Shown here one piece after another: positions 38,519 through 47,205 of a stretch of 64,000 nt of DNA. Each line of letters starts with the position of its first letter. Positions within the stretch are counted from its first letter, which is position 1. The position numbers and the translations under genes are program-made. Source of the DNA: Escherichia virus KFS-EC. The stretch lies in the sequence record MH560358. One strand, 5' to 3'. The notes under the pieces were generated by a model. The model was not told where the DNA came from and made no database searches. It saw only the letters and a program-made list of their open reading frames with translations.

Positions 38519-38786
38519 ATTGTTTCAGGTCTTCTAAAAGTTCATCCACTGCTTGTTTCAGCACATGACGCAGCGTAAAGTAATAGCTTTCATCAAATTC
38601 TATTTCCTCGCGAGGAATAGAGCGAAACTTGCACTTAACGGTAGTATCAGTGAGTCGCTTTTCGACCATCATCCGAACTTCTTCATGCTCTTTGGAATAC
38701 CATACATCAACGGAGATCCCCTTGCGTCGAGCAAACATAGGCAATGCCGCATTAAATTCCATTACCTTTTGTGCAAGTGTTTTCAT
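38469..38786 (-). CDS. hypothetical protein
   Basis: 105-aa ORF. Confidence 0.45.
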   Translation of the reverse strand: MKTLAQKVMEFNAALPMFARRKGISVDVWYSKEHEEVRMMVEKRLTDTTVKCKFRSIPREEIEFDESYYFTLRHVLKQAVDELLEDLKQYEIERGTYYEYDYGRG

Positions 38787-39046
38787 CGTACAGACTCCAT
38801 AGACCCACGAGCAATAACATTCTGGGTAATATCAGCAACCTTACGGGATACGATGTTTGTTAGCCCCTCTTTGGTGATATTTTCACGATCAAATGGGATT
38901 TCGTCATGAGTCCACAAACCATAGTTAGACCGAAATGATAGCATATACTGACCATCTCGCACAACCTCAAATACATGAATCTTAGTGAATTTCGATAAAC
39001 CTTCGTTGATTTCTTTCAGTGCATTAGTAATCATAACAACCTCCAA
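38783..39046 (-). CDS. hypothetical small protein
   Basis: 87-aa ORF. Confidence 0.45.
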   Translation of the reverse strand: MEVVMITNALKEINEGLSKFTKIHVFEVVRDGQYMLSFRSNYGLWTHDEIPFDRENITKEGLTNIVSRKVADITQNVIARGSMESVR

Positions 39047-39088
39047 TCAATTTTTAGAGAGTATAACGGGGATTTCTCCCCGCGTCAA

Positions 39089-40114
39089 CTAACTTTTTGC
39101 GTTATTTACTTCGGCTAAAAGTTCATCAGAAATACGCTTGACCGCCGCAAGTTCTTCCGGTTCTAGGTTTTGTTCTTCCAGATATTCATAGACCATCTGA
39201 ATAGTGCTTTTAACTTCAATAACACCTGTTTCCTGTGATGCGCTACTCTCCAGTTTATGGACCACTTTTAGCTTGTGTACAACGGCCTCTAACGCGCTTT
39301 CTAACTTAGTTAATCCATTATCAGCGACCGTTGCGATAAGACGCACACTAAGCCCTTTAAATCGTTCTACATCGATTTTATCGTCTGACGGGTAAGTGAT
39401 ACGCACATGATAAGTTTTGTCATTCTGGATAAACTCTTTTTTGTGTGTATCGGTATCGAATACCCAAAAACCACGCGGATCGTTTTCGTCACCCGCCGTT
39501 AGTGTGTATGGTGTACCAATATACGTTACGTTACCGCCATCACTAATAGTATGAAAATGACCAGAAAACACTTCACGGTATTTCTTGAGGAAGTCCGCGC
39601 TATAACCTTCGGATTTTAGCCCTTTATAGAAATAGTAACCGGACAATTCCCAATGGCCTACACAATATTCGCTGAATGAGTTTTGAATAAACTCTAAAAT
39701 CTCTGATTTATTGTCATCACAAAACCACGGGAACAGATCAAATGATACACCATCAAAGGTAACTGTTTCAGGTTTATCAATGACCTTAATGCAATCATAC
39801 TGGCTTAACACTTCACGCGGTGCGTTAGGCTGGATCTTGTTTCGTTTAAACATATCATGATTCCCGACCGTGGTATAACAAGTAATACCAGCCTCTTCCA
39901 GTAACGGGATGACCTTAGTACGGTTAAATTTCATGGTTTCATGGGTAATTGCTTTTCGGCAATCAAACCAATCCCCTGTTTGAATCCATGTCTTAATATT
40001 ATGCTCTTTGGAGTATTCAACCGCTTTCTTGATGGTATCAAGAATATACTCATGCACCCACGGATCATCGCCACCGATACCAGTATGCAGATCACCTAAA
40101 AGCAAAATTTTCAT
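39089..40114 (-). CDS. 47: recombination endonuclease subunit (SbcD/Mre11-like), gp47 homolog
   Basis: 341 aa (T4 339); calcineurin-like phosphoesterase motifs (LLLGDLH, GDWFD, GNHD, GHFH). Confidence 0.9.
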   Translation of the reverse strand: MKILLLGDLHTGIGGDDPWVHEYILDTIKKAVEYSKEHNIKTWIQTGDWFDCRKAITHETMKFNRTKVIPLLEEAGITCYTTVGNHDMFKRNKIQPNAPREVLSQYDCIKVIDKPETVTFDGVSFDLFPWFCDDNKSEILEFIQNSFSEYCVGHWELSGYYFYKGLKSEGYSADFLKKYREVFSGHFHTISDGGNVTYIGTPYTLTAGDENDPRGFWVFDTDTHKKEFIQNDKTYHVRITYPSDDKIDVERFKGLSVRLIATVADNGLTKLESALEAVVHKLKVVHKLESSASQETGVIEVKSTIQMVYEYLEEQNLEPEELAAVKRISDELLAEVNNAKS

Positions 40115-40154
40115 AGTCTCTTCCTCTCTTCGTTTTCGATGCTCTCACTATATC

Positions 40155-40182
40155 ACAGAAAAATAAAAAGGGAAACCCTTTT
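40155..40182 (-). terminator. candidate rho-independent terminator upstream of gene 47
   Basis: minus strand AAAGGG-uuu-CCCUUU hairpin followed by UUUAUUUUU. Confidence 0.45.
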
Positions 40183-40204
40183 CAGAGTCTCCCTTATAAA
40201 GCCA

Positions 40205-40492
40205 TTACAGCATACTTAATACCGTTTGCCGTGTACTAATCCACATAGCAGAAAGCAGTTCTGGCGTGTGTGGCTGTTTGTAGATATCACGTAATTTTCC
40301 GATAGCGTAGATATACGCATCACGGTTATCATCGATGATAGCTTGTTCAGCCCACCGCTTAAGGCGTGCAATCTCTCGCGAGTTCTTACGCAAGATCTTT
40401 TCCGCTTTCTTAGCGGCTTTAGCCTCTAGTTCTGCTTGTACTTTGTCTACTTCATTCACCGCAATCTGGTCATGCTGTTCATCGTAAGTCAT
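40205..40492 (-). CDS. hypothetical protein
   Basis: 95-aa ORF. Confidence 0.45.
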   Translation of the reverse strand: MTYDEQHDQIAVNEVDKVQAELEAKAAKKAEKILRKNSREIARLKRWAEQAIIDDNRDAYIYAIGKLRDIYKQPHTPELLSAMWISTRQTVLSML

Positions 40493-40728
40493 GTTATTTT
40501 TCCTTCTGGGATATAGTCGATGATTAAAGAAAATTCATCTTCTGATACATTATAGCTATGTGAGATTGTACCCGTCAAGACCTCAAGATCCGGTGATTTG
40601 ATATTGCACGGATCGATAATCACCGGAACGCCGCAATCTCTCAAAAATAATTTGGCGAAATACGGCACGAGGTCAGTTTCAAACTCTGCTTCTTCCAGCA
40701 AACGGGAAATGTTAATTTTCAATCTCAT
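40489..40728 (-). CDS. hypothetical small protein
   Basis: 79-aa ORF overlapping gene 55 stop. Confidence 0.45.
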   Translation of the reverse strand: MRLKINISRLLEEAEFETDLVPYFAKLFLRDCGVPVIIDPCNIKSPDLEVLTGTISHSYNVSEDEFSLIIDYIPEGKIT

Positions 40729-41245
40729 AAAATTGGTCCAGGCTAGGCAATTCCTCGGTCAATACATCTTCAACCTTTGGCGCTTTCGGTTTATTGACCG
40801 ATTCCTCGTAGTTGTTGATTTTATCGTAAATGTCCTGTATGAATGCCTCATCAGCAATCTGGCACATATCAGCGTCGCGTTCGTCATATACATGATGCAC
40901 AAAATATTTGTATTTTGCGGCTGTCGCTGTTCTCTCTTTTTTAATGCGCTGTACAAAAGCATTAAAGCACGCTTGCGTGATGTAAGCATGAGGATTTTTA
41001 TACTTTGTCTCGTCAAAATTAATCAAACCCTTGACCGCCGCTTCGATTCCGTCGTCGATCATTTCTTCGCGCCATGTTTGACTATAACCAGAAAAGTTAA
41101 AACGACGTGATAGATTTTTAGAGATTTGCATAATTGCTAGGCCGATTTGATCGCTCATTGGAACTTGCCGACCTTCTGCTGCAATTTGTTGTTTCCAACG
41201 GCAAATTTCTTCGTAAAGCTCTTTATTGTTTACATAATCAGACAC
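40712..41245 (-). CDS. 55: late-transcription sigma factor gp55
   Basis: 177 aa; near-identity blocks with T4 gp55 ([80 protein letters not shown]). Confidence 0.95.
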   Translation of the reverse strand: MSDYVNNKELYEEICRWKQQIAAEGRQVPMSDQIGLAIMQISKNLSRRFNFSGYSQTWREEMIDDGIEAAVKGLINFDETKYKNPHAYITQACFNAFVQRIKKERTATAAKYKYFVHHVYDERDADMCQIADEAFIQDIYDKINNYEESVNKPKAPKVEDVLTEELPSLDQFYEIEN

Positions 41246-41285
41246 TTCGCACCCTCGCTATTATTTAGGAAATAACCCTTTCGGG

Positions 41286-42755
41286 CTATTCCCCATTGCC
41301 ATTATACTTTCTTTGCTTAGTTATCCACACTCTAACCATCTCTACTGATTCACCGTCAGACGGATCAAGAGTTTTTCCCTTTTTCTTCATGCGGTACTTA
41401 AATCCGTTAAATCTTGCATTCTCTTGCTCGTTAAAATCGAACATCTTTTTAAATGATTTTCGCCCTTTACGCTCACCACATTCTAGCGGAATCATTCGGT
41501 CTGTTATTACATTGGCATTAGGTAGAAACGTTTTTAGATAATCTACCAACGCCCAATCAGGAACATATAGATTAACATTCTCCTTGCTCTCGTTGTCTCT
41601 CAGGTTACAACGCAAACATAATTGAAATGCTGGTTCCAGATAATCAGACACATGACGCGCTTTCAAAAACTCATTTGTCGGGAGATCACAACTATTAGCA
41701 AGACCTTTTAAAATATCAATCTCCCATCGTTGAGGGTTAAAGCTGAACATCACAGCAACATTTTTATGATGAATGTAAGAGTTAAGACCATAAGACCCGT
41801 AAGGTATCCGCTCGCCAATACCATTTGTGCACGCTTCACGGTCCCGATTCACGGTATAAATGAAGTCATCACCACATTCATTTTTAACCATATCAACAAG
41901 ACGTTCAAAGGTATTGTTTGTTTCTGACTGGTGACGCGACCATCGTTCGGAGTCCGTCATAAGGATGATGTTAACTCTATCTGTATTTTTATACTCTTTG
42001 AAATATAGTCTGGATTCTAGCGCACTCGGAACAAAATCGCAATTTGCATAGTATCGTAGATACTTCCCGCTATATGTATCAAAGAGATTTGCACATGCTA
42101 TCGTAACCTTTTTAAAGTCTCCCCACGTACCGTGTTTGTTATCGTTCAAGAAAACAATTTTCGACCCATTCTTCCGGTGTCCTTCGTTATGTTTTACCAT
42201 AACGTTGATTTTCTTCTCTAATAACGCCTCATAAAGCCCTCTAAGAGAAGAATCGATCATATCAGTACCATCCTTTGCACTTTCTATCTTTTCTTTGATA
42301 GCGGCCTTCTCAGAGTCTTTTAGAACTAAGTTCTGTAGGCATTCCGATTCGTCGGCGATTGGTTCGCAATGCTTCGTGATAAGTTCAAGATTAGACTTAA
42401 ACGGATACTCATTAAATTCAACCAGTTGAGGAACTTCATCAATGTAAAGAGCATATTCACCAAACATTTTTGAACGTTCCATATTAGATAACGCTGTATG
42501 TGTAATGAATATCACATCAGCACCGTCTTTAACTGATTGCATTATCGACGCTTGCACTGTCTTAAGGCTTCTTAGTCTGGTGCTATCAATCAAGACAGCA
42601 CGACCGCCCATTCTTTTAAACTTATTGTAAGATTGTTCACTTAAAACACGAGATGGCGAAGCAATAACCGCTTTTTCTTTTGTCTCTAGGACGTGGGAAA
42701 GTATAGCATCAGTTTTCCCCGCCGCTGGCAATGCGATTAATGTTTCAATCTTCAT
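41286..42755 (-). CDS. P-loop NTPase of unknown function
   Basis: 489 aa; N-terminal Walker A ALPAAGKT (res 8-15) and Walker B-like LYIDEV (~res 103); remaining ~370 aa Cys/Trp-rich without recognised motifs. Confidence 0.55.
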   Translation of the reverse strand: MKIETLIALPAAGKTDAILSHVLETKEKAVIASPSRVLSEQSYNKFKRMGGRAVLIDSTRLRSLKTVQASIMQSVKDGADVIFITHTALSNMERSKMFGEYALYIDEVPQLVEFNEYPFKSNLELITKHCEPIADESECLQNLVLKDSEKAAIKEKIESAKDGTDMIDSSLRGLYEALLEKKINVMVKHNEGHRKNGSKIVFLNDNKHGTWGDFKKVTIACANLFDTYSGKYLRYYANCDFVPSALESRLYFKEYKNTDRVNIILMTDSERWSRHQSETNNTFERLVDMVKNECGDDFIYTVNRDREACTNGIGERIPYGSYGLNSYIHHKNVAVMFSFNPQRWEIDILKGLANSCDLPTNEFLKARHVSDYLEPAFQLCLRCNLRDNESKENVNLYVPDWALVDYLKTFLPNANVITDRMIPLECGERKGRKSFKKMFDFNEQENARFNGFKYRMKKKGKTLDPSDGESVEMVRVWITKQRKYNGNGE

Positions 42756-43060
42756 TAGAAACCCTTACGTCGTGCTTTCTGGCATTTCTTGATCATTTTA
42801 TCAGAAATTTCGCGCTTAGGTGCAATCTCTTTCACACCGAAAGCACTAATGCCAAATTCAGAGAGAATATATTCAACCAACAATTCACGCACACGCGATT
42901 TACCGATATTCACGCCGTTATTTTTCAGATATGTCTGGCCTTCGACTTGCATCAGATCTAAATCTGCGTCGGTAATATTGATTTCTTCCATGCGCCCAAA
43001 TCGAGAATAAACCATGTGTGCGATTGCATTGTGTACTAACATAATATATTCCTCACTCAA
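42755..43060 (-). CDS. hypothetical protein
   Basis: 101-aa ORF coupled to the NTPase gene (ATG/stop overlap). Confidence 0.45.
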   Translation of the reverse strand: MSEEYIMLVHNAIAHMVYSRFGRMEEINITDADLDLMQVEGQTYLKNNGVNIGKSRVRELLVEYILSEFGISAFGVKEIAPKREISDKMIKKCQKARRKGF

Positions 43061-43063
43061 GAA

Positions 43064-43222
43064 TTACTTAATGATACTTACTTTACCAGATCCATGACAA
43101 TGAGCGCAACACCCATCACCACGCAATCCTGTTCCGTTACAGTGTTTACACTTCTTCAACGGTAAAGTCATTATAGCAAATAAAGCAATAATGAACACCG
43201 AAACTAAATTCTCAATAATCAT
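43064..43222 (-). CDS. unannotated small protein: N-terminal hydrophobic segment plus DnaJ-type zinc finger (2 x CxxCxGxG)
   Basis: 52 aa: MIIENLVSVFIIALFAIMTLPLKKCKHCNGTGLRGDGCCAHCHGSGKVSIIK; ATG 43222 overlaps nrdH stop; below track cutoff. Confidence 0.45.
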   Translation of the reverse strand: MIIENLVSVFIIALFAIMTLPLKKCKHCNGTGLRGDGCCAHCHGSGKVSIIK

Positions 43223-43481
43223 AAATCGCCCTCAGTTCTTTATAGCCTCCAATGTGCTCGTTGTCAATGAATATCTGGGGGTATACAAACCGGAGGCTCT
43301 TTGAGTTTAGCCTCCCCGCCAGTTCTTCAATCATATCACGGTCGGGAATAATGTCAACCCCGACCTGCTTGAATACTGGTTTAAGTGTATACGGAATACC
43401 CAGATCATCCAGTAGCTTCATTGCACTAATACAACCATAACAATGATAAGCCTCTTTCGGTATACCGTATATCTCGATCAT
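43212..43481 (-). CDS. nrdH: glutaredoxin-like protein NrdH
   Basis: 89 aa; CYGC redox motif near N-terminus; adjacent to nrdG/nrdD. Confidence 0.7.
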   Translation of the reverse strand: MIEIYGIPKEAYHCYGCISAMKLLDDLGIPYTLKPVFKQVGVDIIPDRDMIEELAGRLNSKSLRFVYPQIFIDNEHIGGYKELRAIYDY

Positions 43482-43978
43482 TTCTCAGCCTTTAATCTTT
43501 CTAGTTCTTCTTCCAGTTCCTTGATCCGTTGGTCACGTTCAAAGTCACGCTGCAACTTAATGGCGAATACTCGTTTAAACTGATTGTAATCATCGATTTT
43601 AAACACTTCTTCTTCGCCATAGCGACGCACAGAAACTTCGTAGTTATTGAAGAATTGTTGCATCATTGCTTCGGATGATAGCTCTGCTGATACCACTTTA
43701 AAATATTGATCTTCTGTAGGCGAAAACCAATTACAAGCATAAAGATAAACCTTTTCATTGTCTGGACACTGGTAAGCCTTACCATCGATTTCAATCACAG
43801 AAACATATTCAGGTATACTAGATGAATCAATAGCTAAGACTTTAAACGCACGGTCCCCGATAAACTCGGAGATCACACGATTCGCATCACTGGTTGCAAA
43901 TGCTTTACGCGCTTGTTCGTTTTTCCACTGATAGGTCATACCAACAACAAACATATTACCAACCTCGCTCTTTACCAA
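43478..43978 (-). CDS. hypothetical protein, one copy of the WxxGKTYxWKD/IEIDG repeat module plus coiled-coil tail
   Basis: 166 aa; shares module with 43956..44780, 44793..45266 and 49663..50841. Confidence 0.55.
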   Translation of the reverse strand: MVKSEVGNMFVVGMTYQWKNEQARKAFATSDANRVISEFIGDRAFKVLAIDSSSIPEYVSVIEIDGKAYQCPDNEKVYLYACNWFSPTEDQYFKVVSAELSSEAMMQQFFNNYEVSVRRYGEEEVFKIDDYNQFKRVFAIKLQRDFERDQRIKELEEELERLKAEK

Positions 43979-44780
43979 TCAAAAATTCAACTTCACGACG
44001 TTTAATGTCTTCTTGAAGGTCTTTAATCTTCTGGCGATCTTGCATTATTTCGTCCATCTTGTCAAGTGCTGCGATGAAATCATCGAAACGTTCAAAGGTT
44101 TTACCTTCATTTGCTTCGCCAAATTTAACCATTGTCAGGCCGTAACGACTACTAAACAGACGTTTCAACTGTCCAACGATTTTAGAATCAGTGGTTATAA
44201 CTTCCAATTCTTCTACTTCACGAAAGAATTTTCTATCAGAATCAATAAACCAGCTAGTTCCTTTATGGTCTCTATCTTCGGTTGCGCTCATTAGAGTATG
44301 GTCTTTACCATCAATTTCAATTACATCAATTTGCCCACATGGACTAACATTTTTAACAGTAAAAGGTCTATAATTTATTGCTCGTGCAATAACATAATTA
44401 AGGTTAGATACGTTTTCAGCATAATGGCAGAAGTCGGTCATAGCATTCGCATCTTTCCAAGTATAAGTTTTACCAACTTCCCATTTCTGGGGAACTTCTT
44501 CAACTTCACGAAAGAATTTTCTATCGAATGGACTAAAGAAATATGTTGCAGTCCAAATGTCTTTTCCTGTAGCAGTTTTCGCCGTATGATAAACACCGTC
44601 TAGCTCTATTGCATTAATCCAACCGTTGCCATCAATCTCGATGATGGTAAATGGCTTGTCACCAATAGCTGCACTAATATCGCTGTTAAGTGGAGAAAGA
44701 ACACCTTCTCCGTTAGTAATAAACTCAGTTTTAGCGTTTTCGTCTTTCCAGGTGTAAGTTTTACCAATTTCCCATTTCAT
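43956..44780 (-). CDS. hypothetical protein, two tandem copies of the repeat module plus coiled-coil tail
   Basis: 274 aa; internal duplication (WEIGKTYTWKDENA...DRKFFREVEE and WEVGKTYTWKDANA...DRKFFREVEE). Confidence 0.55.
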   Translation of the reverse strand: MKWEIGKTYTWKDENAKTEFITNGEGVLSPLNSDISAAIGDKPFTIIEIDGNGWINAIELDGVYHTAKTATGKDIWTATYFFSPFDRKFFREVEEVPQKWEVGKTYTWKDANAMTDFCHYAENVSNLNYVIARAINYRPFTVKNVSPCGQIDVIEIDGKDHTLMSATEDRDHKGTSWFIDSDRKFFREVEELEVITTDSKIVGQLKRLFSSRYGLTMVKFGEANEGKTFERFDDFIAALDKMDEIMQDRQKIKDLQEDIKRREVEFLIGKERGW

Positions 44781-44792
44781 AATATATTCCCC

Positions 44793-45266
44793 TTAACCGA
44801 TTTTATCAAGTTCGTTTAATGCTTTCTCTGCTTCCTGTATAGCTTGCACCCTTTCCGGCATTTTGTCAAGAAAATCTTTCAACTCTTCAAAACTGGAGAT
44901 ATGACGCAAGGCGTTAGCACCGATAGCCGCATGTGATTTGCATTCAAAGCGGATTTTATAATTATCCATCGCCAACTTGAGAAGATCAATTAATTTAGAT
45001 TCTTCTGGAATAATAATTTCTTCAAATCTGCTACGGTCATGATCCAGAAACCAACAAGATAGACCTACATCGGTTGAACTCATATAAGTTCCATCATGAA
45101 GATAAACAGACCGCACGTATCCTTTTTTCGCATCAACCGACGCAACTTTAAACGGTAATCTCAGATATTTCAAATAATCAACATCATACCATTTAAAAAA
45201 TTGGTTTGCATCTTTTACATCTTTCCACGCATAGGTCTTACCAGCTTCCCATTCCATAATAATCAC
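44793..45266 (-). CDS. hypothetical protein, one copy of the repeat module
   Basis: 157 aa; MEWEAGKTYAWKD... same module family. Confidence 0.55.
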   Translation of the reverse strand: MIIMEWEAGKTYAWKDVKDANQFFKWYDVDYLKYLRLPFKVASVDAKKGYVRSVYLHDGTYMSSTDVGLSCWFLDHDRSRFEEIIIPEESKLIDLLKLAMDNYKIRFECKSHAAIGANALRHISSFEELKDFLDKMPERVQAIQEAEKALNELDKIG

Positions 45267-45267
45267 C

Positions 45268-45777
45268 TCAAATAATTTTCACTGGAATACTATTAACAAT
45301 CTTGTATTGTACTTGATTGTCAGACCCCCGCCACGGCTTCTTCGTTGGCATATCTTTAATATAACGCCCATCGATGAACACGTCAACTGATTCTACAATT
45401 TTTCTTTGCTCATCATTCAATTGGTCAAGGGTATAACCAGACCATAGCCAAATATCTTTATTTGGCATCCATGATTTTACTTCATCGATGATCCGCTGTA
45501 CACCCTTTAAATTGCGTTTATACAGTGGATCGCCACCTAAGAATGTTAGCCCCTGAATAAAATCAGGTCTAAGCAGATCCAGAATCAATCCCATTGTATC
45601 ATCGGTGAATGGTTCCCCGTTCTTAGGATTGAGTAGGCTAGCATTAAAGCAACCATCACATGCGTGTGAACATCCGGTAACGTAAAGGGAGACTCTCACT
45701 CCCTCACCGTTAACCATATCACAATCTTTAATATCGGCATAGCGTAGTTTGCCGTATGTATCAGAACTCATATTCAA
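45268..45777 (-). CDS. nrdG: anaerobic ribonucleotide reductase activating protein (radical SAM)
   Basis: 169 aa; radical-SAM cluster CSHACDGC; adjacent to nrdD. Confidence 0.85.
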   Translation of the reverse strand: MNMSSDTYGKLRYADIKDCDMVNGEGVRVSLYVTGCSHACDGCFNASLLNPKNGEPFTDDTMGLILDLLRPDFIQGLTFLGGDPLYKRNLKGVQRIIDEVKSWMPNKDIWLWSGYTLDQLNDEQRKIVESVDVFIDGRYIKDMPTKKPWRGSDNQVQYKIVNSIPVKII

Positions 45778-45913
45778 TTACCCCGAACTCGTTTACAATC
45801 TGCGCTTTATAGTAACCACCGCGAGATGCCAATAGATAAGCTGGGCTTAGGTATTCGTATTCACGGATTTCTACTTGTGCGTTTTCAGTTTCCCAAATCA
45901 GTAAAGTCCACAT
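45761..45913 (-). CDS. hypothetical small protein (50 aa)
   Basis: ATG 45913 with GGAG RBS downstream of promoter 45955..45984; track ORF N-terminus is read-through of the promoter. Confidence 0.35.
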   Translation of the reverse strand: MWTLLIWETENAQVEIREYEYLSPAYLLASRGGYYKAQIVNEFGVIEYEF

Positions 45914-45954
45914 ATTTGATTCTCCTGTAAAGTTGTATCTCGTCTTGATGTGTG

Positions 45955-45984
45955 TAGTATAGGGGATCTCGCGATCCCCGTCAA
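45955..45984 (-). promoter_or_regulatory. early sigma70-type promoter with palindromic spacer (PeSL-like)
   Basis: minus strand TTGACG + GGGATCGCGAGATCCCC + TATACT. Confidence 0.55.
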
Positions 45985-45988
45985 GCAT

Positions 45989-46555
45989 TTATTTAAATTT
46001 TTCGAGAGATTTCAACCACAGGCGGCCTGGTAGGTACTCTCCGGCAAACATGAAATTGTCATCTGGATAAGAACGCAGCATATTCAAAATAAACTTCCGG
46101 CACTCTTCGTAATCTTTACGTTTAAGATAAATCACATTCTCGCCAGTACCGATCACACCTTTGCTGTATCCATGCTCTTTACGCACAGACCATTGTACAG
46201 TATCCTTTTTAACCCGAATCACAACAGGTTCCCAATACCCAGCGCATCCGGCTACACCACACGAACAGGTGAGGAAGTATTGACCTTTTGCTTTGTTTTC
46301 CTCCCACCCGATATTAACCGGATGCCATTCGTGAAACAAGGCTAAAGCATCGTGTGTCTCTTCGATCTGTTTATTGTCAATTCTTACCGTAACCATCCAT
46401 ACAGGGATCTTATTTGTTGGTTCATCATCATAACATGAATCATCATAACATGAATCATCATCAATATGTTCTAATGTCATATCAACATTAATTGATTTTG
46501 CGTGTTCCAGGTGTCGTTGTGCTTTACGTTTACGGTTTAATGATTTCATAGTCAC
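45989..46555 (-). CDS. hypothetical protein (Cys-rich), contains in-frame 15-bp tandem duplication
   Basis: 188-aa ORF; DSCYDDSCYDD encoded by catcataacatgaat x2 at 46426..46455; true start may be internal. Confidence 0.45.
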   Translation of the reverse strand: MTMKSLNRKRKAQRHLEHAKSINVDMTLEHIDDDSCYDDSCYDDEPTNKIPVWMVTVRIDNKQIEETHDALALFHEWHPVNIGWEENKAKGQYFLTCSCGVAGCAGYWEPVVIRVKKDTVQWSVRKEHGYSKGVIGTGENVIYLKRKDYEECRKFILNMLRSYPDDNFMFAGEYLPGRLWLKSLEKFK

Positions 46556-46566
46556 CTCACATTATT

Positions 46567-47106
46567 TCAAAGATCGCGATATTGTACATTATGAAAATGA
46601 GAACTTGCATTACCAATATTGTAGATAACAAATTCTTCATCCGGCGCTTGCGCTACAAATTGAGTATGAGCAACCGCTACGACTTTAAAAATACGATCCG
46701 TGATCTTGTGCTTAATTTCTGCCCCTACTTCCATAGGAACATATTCATTTGTTTCTGTTTCAGTCGCAAAACAGCCATCTTCTTCATAAGCACGAACAAA
46801 TCGGTCGCAATCAGTACGCTTAACAAATTCAAGAGTATATAATTCTCGTGAATTGTCGGTATAGACCAATACAGAATTATTATGATAGCGAATCACATAC
46901 AGGTTATTATCATCGTCAATTACGCAAAAGCTACGGATTCCTTCGCCTTGACTCCAGCAGATATTAACCACCGTTCCTCTAATAAAAAAACTTTCCTTTA
47001 AATTAAAACTAGTCAATGTGCTAGCGTGCATTTTAACAACAACACCATCACCAATTTCCAGTTTACGAAGTTTAACTTCTTTGCTCAGTACACAAAACAT
47101 CATCAT
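46567..47106 (-). CDS. hypothetical protein
   Basis: ATG triplet at 47100-47106 with AGAGAGGA RBS downstream of promoter; track ORF extends to 47154. Confidence 0.5.
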   Translation of the reverse strand: MMMFCVLSKEVKLRKLEIGDGVVVKMHASTLTSFNLKESFFIRGTVVNICWSQGEGIRSFCVIDDDNNLYVIRYHNNSVLVYTDNSRELYTLEFVKRTDCDRFVRAYEEDGCFATETETNEYVPMEVGAEIKHKITDRIFKVVAVAHTQFVAQAPDEEFVIYNIGNASSHFHNVQYRDL

Positions 47107-47134
47107 ATTGTCCTCTCTTTGTTTCGATGTGAGC

Positions 47135-47162
47135 ATTATACATGAGCTAATCATGTTGTCAA
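47135..47162 (-). promoter_or_regulatory. early sigma70-type promoter
   Basis: minus strand TTGACA-16-TATAAT immediately after terminator hairpin. Confidence 0.55.
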
Positions 47163-47169
47163 CACCCCA

Positions 47170-47200
47170 AAACGAAAAAGCCGACCCTTTCGGATCGGCT
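47170..47200 (-). terminator. rho-independent terminator after nrdD
   Basis: minus strand AGCCGA..TCGGCU hairpin followed by UUUUUCGUUUU, 6 nt after nrdD stop. Confidence 0.6.
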
Positions 47201-47205
47201 AAAAA

